DNA from: Catajapyx aquilonaris
Taxonomy: Eukaryota
Reading direction: 5' to 3'
Length of the DNA stretch: 64,000 nt
Assembly: GCA_000934665.2 (NCBI GenBank)
Contig: JYFJ02001909.1
Span: forward strand, 1-64,000
Shown here: in pieces, positions 38,389 to 50,201 of the stretch
Position numbering within the stretch: the stretch's first letter is position 1
How the letters are laid out: every line of letters begins with the position of its first letter
Program-made: the position numbers and the translations under genes
Notes under the pieces: generated by a model
What the model was told of the DNA's origin: nothing
Seen by the model: only the letters and a program-made list of their open reading frames with translations
The model's database searches: none

Positions 38389-39233
38389 GAGTTTTACAAC
38401 TCGTGGGCCATGTTTGACCTAGTCACAGGTGCAGCATTCTCTTTGCACTGCCGATGCGGGCGTATCGCTGGAGGTATGGACCTGAAATTTCCACAGCACG
38501 GCGAGGAAGGTCCAATTGAGCCACCGACAGAGTTTCGATCAATTAGAATAATAATTGCGAGATCTACAAGGGGAGGAGTTTTTGAAAAACGGCTCACAAC
38601 ATCTTGGCTCCGGATTCGAATTTGGGAAATATCTTGACAGTGTGCGATGGCCAGAGTATTCCTCAATTACTCGATTAATTTGGGCTATTGGTTTTCGTAG
38701 AGCTATTAAAACAGTTTCACCACCCCACCTGGTCAAATTGGCGGAGAACTTTCGAACGTAGAACAGTTGGTTCCCTGTCCATGTGGCCAGGGAACCAGTT
38801 CAGGCTAAATAATTTAAAAATCGTGTGGGCAACAGGGAACCAACTGTTCTATTTTCGAAAGTACTCCCTCCGATTTTACAAGGTGAGGGGGTGCAACGGT
38901 TTTAATAGCTGTGCAAAAACCAATAGCTCAAATTAATCGCACTTTGGAGGAGTCAGAGAGGAATACTTTTGCCATCGCACACTGTCGAGATATTTCCCAA
39001 ATTCGAATCCAGAGCCAAGATGTCACGAGCAGTTTTTCAAAAACTCCTCCCCTTGTAGATCTCTCAGTTATTATTCTAATTGATCGAAACTCTGTCGGTG
39101 GCTCAATAGGACCTTCCTTGCCATGCTGTGAAAAGTTCAGGTCCGTACCTCCAGCGAGACGCCCGCATCGGCAGTGCAAAGAGAACGCTGCACCTGTGAC
39201 TCTGCCGAACTTGGCCCGCGAGGTTTTGTACTC
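38389..39233. repeat. ~845-bp fold-back (long inverted repeat, arms ~400 bp) immediately upstream of the TAF1 start exon
   Basis: Arms are reverse complements, visible as mirrored ORFs 38353+/38928- and 38394-/38911+; centre ~38800. Confidence 0.9.
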
Positions 39234-40561
39234 CTTGAGACCAAAGCAATGACAGGTATTGGGCAAGCTTGTGATGGAAGTCGATCAGCAGTACACTTCA
39301 GCACAGCCCCTACCCCATCCGGAGCACCTTTGCCATGAGCTGCCTAAAAATAATTCCATGACCCTCCCTGAAAGCCTCTGTCAAAAAACTCTGCGCTGAA
39401 TACGTAAAAATTACCTTTCTGTTGATACTGGGAGGATTGGACCATCACTTTAAAAATGCACATGAGTGATTCCTGGATGTTTTCCCCTGACCATATCCAA
39501 CACATTGGTCTCACACCTACATGTGTCAATCCTTTTACAGCTAGGTAAACTCTGTAACAACTTGACTCGTTACAGGGCTGACCGTTACAGGGGTGACAGT
39601 TTCATAGAGAAAGAAAGATTTGCTGTGACTGAGTAAAACAACTGGGACAAATGAAGCGATCATTGAGCCACAGCTACGTGGTCTAGCTACATGGTCTACC
39701 TACGTATGTGACAGCTTGCATGCATTGCTCTTCCATAGTGCGTAATTATGCATTACTGTGTTGACCAGCAATACAGGTACTCACTGACTGTTACAGGTCT
39801 GTGCCGAAAACATCCACATCACATCTTAATCACTGGTTACCAGCCGCAGAAGTTTTCACACTCATGTCGCTCTAGGCCACCTCTAGGCAGTGCATTTAAA
39901 TAGTACATTCAATGTGATGGGGTTGACACGACATGTTGGGGACACCATTTCGTCATATAAGAATAATTAAAGTAAAATCTTTTAAATTTAATTTTAAATC
40001 TTTGTAAGGCAATACTCTCTCCTTAAACTATTGAATGATGCATATCACATGGGCAAGGGATTATTACGGATTATGACTCGTATTTATGCTGTTAACATAA
40101 AAGTGAGCACATGACATATTAGAGGGACAAGACACATGGCCTGTACTTTTATTGTCGACCTTACAGAAAATATTTTCTGACATTTACCTATGTTAATTGC
40201 CTAACAGAGTAGTGTAGGTATATTGTCAGGAAGTGTAGGATTAGTTGCCACTGGATTATAATCCAACTTTGTTACTTTTGTTTATAGTGAGCTGGAACAA
40301 GTCATTGTGAAATGTGCCAGTTCTGGGAGAATCACCCATATGCAATTGCGTTACACTCTCATCAAAATACATAGAAATATACATAGAATACATAGAAATA
40401 GGAGCATAAATTTGACAGTTGAGGGTCTGAGATAAAAAATGGCCCAGCCCACATTTGGGGGGTGTAACACAAATACGTGCAGCAATTATGTCATTGGGTA
40501 TTAATTGCACGTTTCTGTATGTAACTGAACTGCAGCAACATTATGGATGTAAGGAGTTTCA

Positions 40562-40925
40562 GGGGAGGTGTGGTGGCCGTGATGGTAACGTCTCGGCTTG
40601 CTGAGTGAAAGGCCCCAGGTTCGATCCCCGCCTGGGGAACTTTCCATTCACCTGCGTCAGGAGGGTCTCTGACCTGCACCAAGGAGGTGTCTGGCAACCT
40701 AACCTCCTGGGGAACAGCACATGACCCCTTTACAGACATTGCACTTGCACCCTATGTTCCCTCCTCAAAAATCCCTATCCTTACCCTACATCCTTGACTC
40801 CTTGCACCGGTGAATGAAGTTAATATATGAAAATTGAGTGAAATGGTGGTATTCCACCCCCCCTAAAAAGGCTCAGCCTTATCCCAAGGTAACGTAAAAT
40901 AAAAAATAAATAATTTTTTAAAAAA
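40562..40925 (+). mobile_element. tRNA-derived SINE family A, copy 3
   Basis: A and B boxes as in copy 1; 15-bp TSD ATGTAAGGAGTTTCA (40547-40561, 40926-40940). Confidence 0.92.
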
Positions 40926-42978
40926 ATGTAAGGAGTTTCAAGATTGTACCAGTGAAAGTTAAGTCATAATCAGTATTTGCTCATTTTACAACCAATATTT
41001 CCAAGTGGACTTGGCCATTTTTGATCTCAAGACACCTCAGTTGATGCCACCCTTTGGGTCCTCGCACCAGCTGGTACAATTCCCCCAAAATTTCACTCAC
41101 CAGGAGAGGAAGTGGTGGTGGGTGAGAGCGAGAAATGCTATGGGGAAAGGGCAGGATCCAAGGCAAATGTTTGCAGGATGAGCCTCTCTCTTTTGTTAGT
41201 GAGCCTCCTCCCGATTAGGCAGCGCTGGCAAGATGGGAAGACAGGAAAGGAAGAGCCAGAATCAGTTTTTGCACTTCTGGGCGGCCCTTTGGTCAGTGGC
41301 ATCGGTGTGGTGTTGGAGTGATTGCACCAGTAGTCCAACAAATGTTATTGTGGCTTTGCCAATTAAGACACCAGTGGCTTGGGCAGCTTGGCAAAGCCAC
41401 CAACACATTTGTTGGCCTGTGGCAGCACAAGAAAGATGTTGCGTATGTACAACCTGCAAAAAGCGGCCAACTCACTAGGCCTGCAACATCTAGCTTGCAC
41501 TTTGCTTTATTGGCAATCCTATGACAGTATTACGTATATGTAGAACAACCTTGCTTAGGGCTGGTCATATGAAATCAAATTAGGGAATAATCCCCCATTA
41601 TGCATCTCCACAATGCATAATCCGACAATATTTTCGAATGTTTCCTTATTTTGCATTCATACAACTAGCTCTCCGCTAGTGACCTGCCACTTACTACGTA
41701 TGTAGCTGCATTCCATGACGACCCAGCGCAAAGCTGTAATGCAAATCTCTTGGTGTCCCCTGCCCTGGCGTCCACAAGCAGTCCATCAACACAATTAGCA
41801 AATTTCACATGTCAATTACCTGTTTGCGCTGACGGCCTGCGAGCGGGGCCTACGCAAATAGTGGAACACCCTCGGGAACACCTTGGTGACTTCCAAACAG
41901 GTCTGGCGAATACCACGACATGAACCTTCTTGGTTCTGCGAATGGCTAGCAGGTACCAAGTGCATGGTCAGGTGGCCGGCCGACAGACGTATCCACCAAA
42001 GTAGGCCAGGTCATCGCGTTCCAAAGGTCCGAAGCATCGCTGGGCTCTTCCCAAGCTTGCATCGGCGAAATGGAATATTACGGGCAGAAAGTAGCGTTAG
42101 CCGTTGATGACTCATACATAACTAATATAGCTTATAAGCCACTAACGTTGGAACGGCTTACCCGGGCTTACCTTTTTTGAATTATAGTTCAATAATAATT
42201 AAGGTGATGAAATGAAGCTTGAAACTTATTGAATTCATATTATATGCGGCTTTTTATTGCAATAAATAATGATACAGTGGAGACAAGAAGTTAAAATTCT
42301 GGATATGATGTTATTCAGACTAATAAGCATGTTGCCATTTTTTTTACAGAGCTCTCATAAGTGAATCAAGATATTTTTATGGTACATGACATGTCTGGTA
42401 TTTGACTTATATATTGCATATGCAAACATATGATCCAATGTGTGGCCTACAAAATGGTTAAGTGGCAAAATGCAAACGTGTGAGTGAAATTTTTTTTTTT
42501 GGACACAAGACAATGCAATTTGTTAAAAATAGAATAATTACAATTACGATGACACTCTTGCCTGTTGACTCACAGAAACAAGAACATTGGCACAAACTAG
42601 AAATAGTGTACAGTATGCATATGTTAGTATAGAGCAGATCAAAATTGAGCGATAGCACTTTGGCACTAATTTCCTTTTTCATCTTGCAGTAATATTATAA
42701 CATTTATATATACTTGATGAGATTCGCCAATAATATTGCAAAGAGCAGGAGCACCTTACCTTATTGTTTCAATACTAACACTAGTCCAGAACACAAATTA
42801 TTCACTTCATTCAGAGAAAAGAAGATAATATTCAGGGCGTGTCATCACATATAATTTTGTAGAAAAAATATTATAAACGTCATTAAATAAATCAAACTGG
42901 AATGCCGCATACTTGAATGTCGCTTCCAGTTCCTGCCTAAAATTACCAATTTACTCGGCACACGCAATTATTCAAATA

Positions 42979-43562
42979 CAGTAAAACTTCTATAAGTCGA
43001 AGTTCTCTATACGTAAGTCGAAGAAAATTATGATCTTGGTTGGTCACAATGTAAAAATAGTAAAATAATAGGAAATAAACTTCCCTAACTCGAATTTCTA
43101 TAACTCGAAGTTCTCCATAACTCGAAGTGCAGGCAGGGCCTTACGATGGGATATCAATGCATTTTCAGTCTCCCTAAGTCGAAGTTCATGTTGGCGAGTA
43201 CGGATTTTTTTTTTTCTTTTACAAGCCTAAGGGCCGAGAGTAGGCCACATGTACAGATTTGAAAGGCTCAATTTCCTGATCTCCGTCTATATACCAGACG
43301 TACCGAAAGAAGTGTTTGACTCGATTGTGACAATCGAATCTAAGTGAGGCAAATGTCCATAACGGAAATTCTTTTTACAACCAAACAACGACGAACATTG
43401 TAAGTGTGATAGTGACACTTATTTTTAAGTTTTGAACACCTTTCGTCGCTGGATATAAAGGTAGGCTTCCTTATAGAGTTCTGTGCTTTAAAAAATCCAA
43501 ACTTCTCTAACTCAAAGTTTTTTTCAGGTCCCATGGAGATTCCACTTACAGAAGTTTTAGTG
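42979..43562. mobile_element. Tigger-type MITE, uninterrupted copy
   Basis: TA|CAGTAAAACTTCTATAAGTCGAA...TTCCACTTACAGAAGTTTTAGTG; homologous to 33061-34203. Confidence 0.85.
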
Positions 43563-44036
43563 TTCCAAAATACACAATACGTATACTAGAGTTGACTATT
43601 ATTTTGGCCCTACCGCATTAAAAAAAATAACATCATCGCACTAAATCGCAATCTATTTTTAACCTGCAGTTCTAAACGATCGTACACTGCATAAATATAC
43701 TCTACCACTAATGGGGAGAAAATAACCCTGTAACCGTTACTTACACGTTATACCGTACCGGTATTAAAACAGACATCGGGAATGCTACATGGAAAAAGCC
43801 CCTTTTCACTAGTGCTTGTGCAGATTACTGTGAAAAATGTAATGCCACATAACTTTTAAAATTGCACACTATAAAATATGATGAATAAATTTTCTAGGAT
43901 AACATGGCTTGAAATGCCCTGATGATTATGTGAAAGAAAAATTAACAGCAATCATGACAGCATGAAAAAATAGCAGTGCAACAGGTGATGAGCAGTATAC
44001 GAAGGGCAGGATGATTATTGCATACTTTATTTTGTA

Positions 44037-47024
44037 TTATGCCACTTTTACATCACATGTATTAGTCAGTTGATCTAAAAACATAGTCAGGGTTTGTTTC
44101 TTTGCCCTGTCGCCAAGATTTTCCCCAGCATAAACTTTGTAACTGTTCATGACGAGAGAAGTGTCGGGTAATTTCGTTGCTTCGTTCGGTAGTTTTAAGT
44201 CTCTATCAATTATATTGTCAGCGCCATCTTTGCCTGGCCTGGAAACTCCACCTGATGAGTGGCCCTTAAATTCCCAATAACTCCATATCTTGCTAGGCTT
44301 GCCGGGTGCAAGTGTCAAATGGTACTCAGCTGACACAATGTGGCCGTTGGTACCGCCCATTCCACCCATTCCACCGATACCAGGTTCTCCTTTTTGGCCC
44401 TTATTACGTTCCACTTTAACCTCTTGATTGGTGCTTAATCCAAGCAGAGTAACATTGCCTTCGCAACCACCAGTTCCTCCCTTTCCACCATTTCCTCCAT
44501 TTCCGCCATGTCCACCAGTGTTTCCATATATTTTGTAGTAATAAACTCTACTTCCAGAAGCACAAGAAAGCTCCTTGACCTTTTCCTTCCTGAAACGGTC
44601 ATTTTTGAGATATTCTCTACGATTTATGCGTTCTATGGTCAGATCAGGGTTTTCGCCTCTTTGTCCAATCGTACCGTTGCCACCATCTTGCCCAGGACCA
44701 CCACTGCCTCCATTGACAGTTATTTTCAGGTTGTTGATGTTGATGAATTCATGACCAATACCAAAGAAATTTCCTGCAGGACCTCCAGGAAGTCCGGGAT
44801 TTCCATCATCCCCTGAACCACCTGGGTATTTTCCATTTTGAGCCCTCCCTTGCGGTTCACCTGCAGATCCATCTAACACTATCTTTCTAGTGCCTATAAC
44901 GTGCCATCTTGGTGCTATAACCACAAGTTGCACCTCTTCGCCTATTTTGATCAAATCTGCATCTATGATGACTGTATTCAAAGCCATAATTTCCAGTGCA
45001 TTGAATGGCTTTTCAGATGCGCCGATTGATACTGGTAACTCACTGAATTTGATGTAGTCTCCCTTGACTGACAACTTGTTTTGCAAAAATGACAACTTTG
45101 CGTTTGTTACCACTTTGGCCGGGTCGTACTCGACTGGTTTGCTAGTTACACAACTTTCTTTTACATCAGATAATTTTTGTACAAAACTCTTTGCTGTTTT
45201 TGGAGGACTATCCTTAACACTAGTGTCTTTAAGTATTTTGGCAGGCTTTGGAGGTTCGGGTTTATTCTCAGGGGGCTTTGTCACTTGGGTTGTATTCTTT
45301 TCGGGTATTACACGTCGAGATTTGAGTGGGGTCACATCATTCTTCTTTTCCTTTACTGCCGGCTTACTACCTTCTTCTGGAGGGTTGGCTGGAACACGAC
45401 GAAGCATATCCTGTGTTACCTCAAGCTTTTTCTCTATCTTTGGAGCTAGGTTCTGCTTGGGTTTGTCAATGTCAGTCTTTTTCTTGTCCAAGATTGTGGC
45501 AGTTTCCTTCTTGATATTGTCAGTTGCAACTTTATCCTTAGTCTTGTCTTCTGGAGGCTTGTCTTGAACTGGACGGCGATACCTCAGTGCGGGTGTTTCG
45601 GGTGTCTTCTTTTGCAGTGTTTTCTCACTCTCCTTAGGCTTCTCTGGTAAGGATTTGTTGCCTAGCAAATTGGTAGACTTGTCTTTAACCGGTACGGAAA
45701 TTTTTGTATCTTCTTTTTTGCTCTTGTCTTCCACTGGGGCCTTATCAGGCACCGGTGGGAGTGTGGGACGAACCCGTGTTTCCTTGATCGGTTCAGGAAT
45801 TTCTTCTGGTAACTGTTGGGCACCCTTGTTCCTGGCTAAGACCGCAGCTTCACGTTTCTCAAGCCACTTTACGATTTCTTCTAGACCCTTGTCCGTGGCT
45901 TTGTCCCGGACAGTTCGACCATGCTTGTCTGCAGCGAACACGTCGGCCCCTTTTAATATGAGCCACTTGACCATGTCCCACATACCTTTGTCCGCAGCCT
46001 TATGTGCCACAGTCCTTCGTTGCTTGTCTATAACGTGTACATTGGCTTTTTTCTCAACCAGGAATTTTAAAATGTCCCAGTGACCACGATCAGCGGCTTT
46101 ATGCAGTATGGTACGCCCGTACTTCTCGGCGGCATTGACATCACTTCCTTTTTCGACCAAGTACTTGACTTCGTCCATATTACCGGCGTCCACGGCTTTG
46201 AAGAGGACGGTTCTACCGTGCTGGTCCATGGTATGTACATCGGCACCTTTTTCAAGTATCCACCGCATCACGCGCCATTCATGTGTGTCTGCTGCCTTGT
46301 GCAAAACGGTACTGGTATCACAGTCACTAGAGTTGAGGTCGGCACCGTGTTGGACCAGCCACTTGACGGTGTCCCACTCGCTGCTCGTGGCGGCCAAGTA
46401 CAGCACGGTATGTCCATCGTTGTCTTTGGCGCGTACATCAGCACCCTTTTCTACCAACCACTTCATGACCTCAAATTTACCGGAGTATGCTGCAACATGC
46501 AGCACCGTTCTGCTGTTGTAGTACTTGTTAACAGCATCAACGTCGGCACCCTTTTCTGCCAGGCATTGTACCACTTCCCACTTGTCTTTATCGGCCGCCC
46601 AGTGTAATACTGTGCGTCCGTCGTTGTCTTTAGCATTGACGTTAGCCCCTCGATCCACTAACCACTGGACGACCTCCAACTCACCGTGTTCCGATGCCCT
46701 GTGGAGTACCGAGGCACCCACATAGTCTGCAGCGCTGATGTCACCACCTTCTTCGGACAGCCATTTGACTACATCTAGATGTCCGTTTTCTGCTGCCCAG
46801 TGCATGGCCGTACGGCCCACATGGTCCTGAGAGTGTAAGTTGGCTCCTTTGCTCACCAGGAGCTTGACCACCTCCAGTTTCCCATAGCATGCCGCCCAGT
46901 GTAACACGGTGCGACCAACGCAATCCTTGGCGTGGATGTCGGTACCTTTCTCCGACAACCAGTCTTCGGCTTCTCCGGAAGAGGCTGGGTGCAGCATAGG
47001 GTCTTTCGTAGGAAGAGGGGCCAT
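44037..47024 (-). CDS. Intronless 995-aa protein: about 11 ankyrin repeats, K/P/E/T-rich disordered linker and glycine-rich C-terminal domain of unknown function
   Basis: Uninterrupted 2988-nt ORF. It has ten full ~33-aa repeats (GRTVLHxAA...W.VVKWLVEKGADV) plus a capping repeat (aa ~37-390), a low-complexity linker (~400-630), and a globular region with interrupted GxxG runs (~640-995). A pyrimidine-rich AG acceptor lies at ~47066 just upstream of the ATG, and AATAAA on the minus strand lies at 44026-44031. Confidence 0.9.
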   Translation of the reverse strand: MAPLPTKDPMLHPASSGEAEDWLSEKGTDIHAKDCVGRTVLHWAACYGKLEVVKLLVSKGANLHSQDHVGRTAMHWAAENGHLDVVKWLSEEGGDISAADYVGASVLHRASEHGELEVVQWLVDRGANVNAKDNDGRTVLHWAADKDKWEVVQCLAEKGADVDAVNKYYNSRTVLHVAAYSGKFEVMKWLVEKGADVRAKDNDGHTVLYLAATSSEWDTVKWLVQHGADLNSSDCDTSTVLHKAADTHEWRVMRWILEKGADVHTMDQHGRTVLFKAVDAGNMDEVKYLVEKGSDVNAAEKYGRTILHKAADRGHWDILKFLVEKKANVHVIDKQRRTVAHKAADKGMWDMVKWLILKGADVFAADKHGRTVRDKATDKGLEEIVKWLEKREAAVLARNKGAQQLPEEIPEPIKETRVRPTLPPVPDKAPVEDKSKKEDTKISVPVKDKSTNLLGNKSLPEKPKESEKTLQKKTPETPALRYRRPVQDKPPEDKTKDKVATDNIKKETATILDKKKTDIDKPKQNLAPKIEKKLEVTQDMLRRVPANPPEEGSKPAVKEKKNDVTPLKSRRVIPEKNTTQVTKPPENKPEPPKPAKILKDTSVKDSPPKTAKSFVQKLSDVKESCVTSKPVEYDPAKVVTNAKLSFLQNKLSVKGDYIKFSELPVSIGASEKPFNALEIMALNTVIIDADLIKIGEEVQLVVIAPRWHVIGTRKIVLDGSAGEPQGRAQNGKYPGGSGDDGNPGLPGGPAGNFFGIGHEFININNLKITVNGGSGGPGQDGGNGTIGQRGENPDLTIERINRREYLKNDRFRKEKVKELSCASGSRVYYYKIYGNTGGHGGNGGNGGKGGTGGCEGNVTLLGLSTNQEVKVERNKGQKGEPGIGGMGGMGGTNGHIVSAEYHLTLAPGKPSKIWSYWEFKGHSSGGVSRPGKDGADNIIDRDLKLPNEATKLPDTSLVMNSYKVYAGENLGDRAKKQTLTMFLDQLTNTCDVKVA

Positions 47025-50000
47025 GGCTACAATGCTGTATTACTGTACCGTTGTCAGTACGGTTCTGAAAGACAAGGAAATATTAAACATTTCATAAAAT
47101 TCAATGGATTCATGGTCAAACACGATCATCAGTAATGATTAGTGGTAATTGAAATGTTGCAAAAACGAATTTTGGAAATATCCACTGACTTTTCTGCCAG
47201 ATATACGCACACAAAAAAGAAAACCTGCAGGCTTCTATCAACAATTTCACTAAAAATTTTAATACTGTATAATTATTATGCTGTGCAGCGACTGATATTT
47301 CCCGGTGAGGCCCCAGTCAGACTCCCCCCTTTGAGAATCAGGTATTTTAACTGAAATACTAATTATGCATTTCTCATATCGTTACGTGTGACGTGTGCTC
47401 TGACGGTGTCATTCATAATAATAGCCTTAACTATGCTAACATGTTTAATTACTGTATTTATTTATTTAACTTCAACTGTGTGACATTGGGTACTTCTTGT
47501 TGTAAGGGAATAAAGTCCTTTTAGTTAACTATAGATAGCTAAAAATGCCATAATCGTACGACTGCTTTCAGCTGTCATAAGATGCTTGCACAAAAACCAA
47601 TGAAAGAATGCATCAAATCATGAACAATAAATAATCATACATGATATCAATCTCCATGTTGTTTTGCATCATGAAATGGTCACTATATTTAATAACCTAA
47701 TTTGCACGGAAATCGAGAATAGAGAAACCGGTATGACATGAGCATTATACACGAGAGCACAACTTACACTGTAATTATGGATTTTGGATTTTCGACACGT
47801 GCGACACTGTGCACGTCTAAATGGCTTCATATAATTTAAAACTTATTTACTCATAATTGCAGTAAATTGTTTACAATTTGGAACTTTTTGCATTGTAGGC
47901 CATTTGATATTCATACCAGTAGGACAGTATAGTAATGCATGATCGCGTGAATTCTGTTTAGCGTAAACAACATATTATAAGCACTCATGGATGACCCAGC
48001 CGGTTACAGTACCGGTATTCGATGGTATTATGTAACATCTAATATGCCTAACTTTACTATACTATCACAAAAAATGCTTGGCTTTAAAAATGAGACCTGA
48101 TAGAAAGATAGACAATCATCTGCTCCATATTGTATTTTTGTCCTCATTTCGAGATATTTCGAGATAACATAATATTACACGCGGTATTTAGAGCACAAAC
48201 TTGGCACTCACTTGGCATGCCACGCGCATACCACGTCAGTGTGATGCAGATCTCAGGTGGAGCACGCCGTCATCCGACCCCACACACGTCAGCACCTTCG
48301 TTGTCAATTCAATATCTTGCAGTGTTGATGATCCACGGACGTTCTGCCTCGAAAACTATACAAAAATTATGCAACCAGTTAGAGAATACGACCAAGTAAT
48401 GTTGACAAGAAGAATGACAATATAATTGTCCTGCATTCCAATGTGTTAGCCAACATTCCCACAGATTCCTCTAGGATTCTCTCATATTCCTTTGGGATTC
48501 TGAGACTTCCAAGCTCATTTTATGATGATTGTTACATGTTGTAGGATGTAGGAATGTTCGCATAATTTTTTCAGTTGCATTTATCCACCCTTTACTGATC
48601 AATTGAATGTTAAATAGTGCCAGTTGTTTATTGCCAGCATATATTTAATTTTATCTTGTTTGCATGTTTCTGTGACACTTCGGCCCATTCAGCTGATTGG
48701 CCACGTTTCTGTTTGTTATTCTTTGCACCACCATGCCAAAAAAAGAGTAAAAAAACGACACTCTAACTTGTGAGACAACCCAGTCCTAATAATACACAAC
48801 TTACCGTTAACTAGTGACAGAATCCGACACAATAACGTATTGTTCCGTGATCAAAACACTGCAAGTGGTCCCACACTGCTCCAGGCCGGACGCTAGACTC
48901 GGAATGAATCAGTCTAGCGATAGTTTCGGTGCCGAGCCTCCTCAAAGGCTCTTTTTGAGTGGCCATGATGTTGCCAACGTCTAATTAAGAACTCGCCCGG
49001 TTGCCCTTCAAAACTTTGCAGTTCTATCTATAAGCACAGGGTGAGTCAACATGTACGATTCTCCCGATCATTTCAAGAATTTGGTCCCCTTCAACGAGTG
49101 GTTTTACTGCGATGTTTACGTTGCAGAGGCGGAGACTTTTTCATAACTGTTTACGCTGTTAGTGTGAGTTGTCTGCTTTTTGGCTACAGCATCACGAGGT
49201 GTAGGTGAGACAAGACTAAGCAGTTGGAATATTTCCATCAGGCTACTAAATCTGTCGGCACTGTGGGTCAGCGTGTGCTAAATTACACATGTCTGATTCG
49301 TCCTTCCAAAATCGGGTGCTCCAAAAGTAATCTGAGGTGTGAATTCTAGGATACTGCTACTGTTGCGTCAGAAGTCGATGTTTTTTTTTTTAAATTTCGT
49401 TTTGTGGTCAAAGTAGGCCGATGTTATTTTAAGATTGAGTACTGGATAGACTAATGTTAAATACAGTTGGAAACATGAAATGTACGGTATTATTTGATTT
49501 TTACATGTATACCAGACAGTAAGGTGTTTTGCAAGGGGGTATAACCACTTCGGTACTCCCAGGTACTCCTTAGGTACCTTACTCTGTGGTACTCCCCTTG
49601 AATTTGGTACTCCAGTGTACACATTTCAGTCGAGTGGTTACCCCCTTTGTGTTTAGTGTCAATAATACAGTAAATGATTCCAAATAAGGTATAGTAGAAG
49701 CATTATACTAAGGCATCTTATTAGTCTTAGCATTGGCAGTGTAGGACTAACTTACAGTGTTGCAAAGATGTACGATATATCCGAATTAAAGCAAAATGTT
49801 AAGATGACTTAAATCCTAGTGACTTACGGTTTAACCCATGAATGTGTTATTCGTTTTTCTGCTCAGCTTGTGAGTATATTCCAGCAACAATAGAAACCGT
49901 GAAAATCATGAGAAACATTACAATGGGAGAATCCTCGTGGTATTAAAAGCACACCACAGTGTACTGGCAATAGATAGCCTACAAATACGTATTTGAATTA

Positions 50001-50201
50001 CAAAAATGGCAAATAAGCTATCTTTTGCTGCATTAATACGGTCAATATTTTATAAATATGATTGCTGTACCTAAAATACCTTCAGTGGGACTGACTGCAA
50101 CATGCTTTATTACATTATTTTCATTGTTTTGATTACATAATTATCACAGTTACTGCTCATAATACTGTACTTTGTGAACTTGGTAGTTAAAGTTCATAAT
50201 T

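Noticed and set aside
38353..39266. Paired ORFs on opposite strands suggesting duplicated genes
   Set aside because: Mirror artefacts of the long inverted repeat; no recognisable protein motif.
40990..41520. Coding-like, Cys/His-rich stretch upstream of TAF1
   Set aside because: Only short broken ORFs with no motif I can identify; possibly a decayed transposase, but unsupported.
45064..46725. Plus-strand ORFs of 100-175 aa
   Set aside because: Antisense shadows of the ankyrin CDS.
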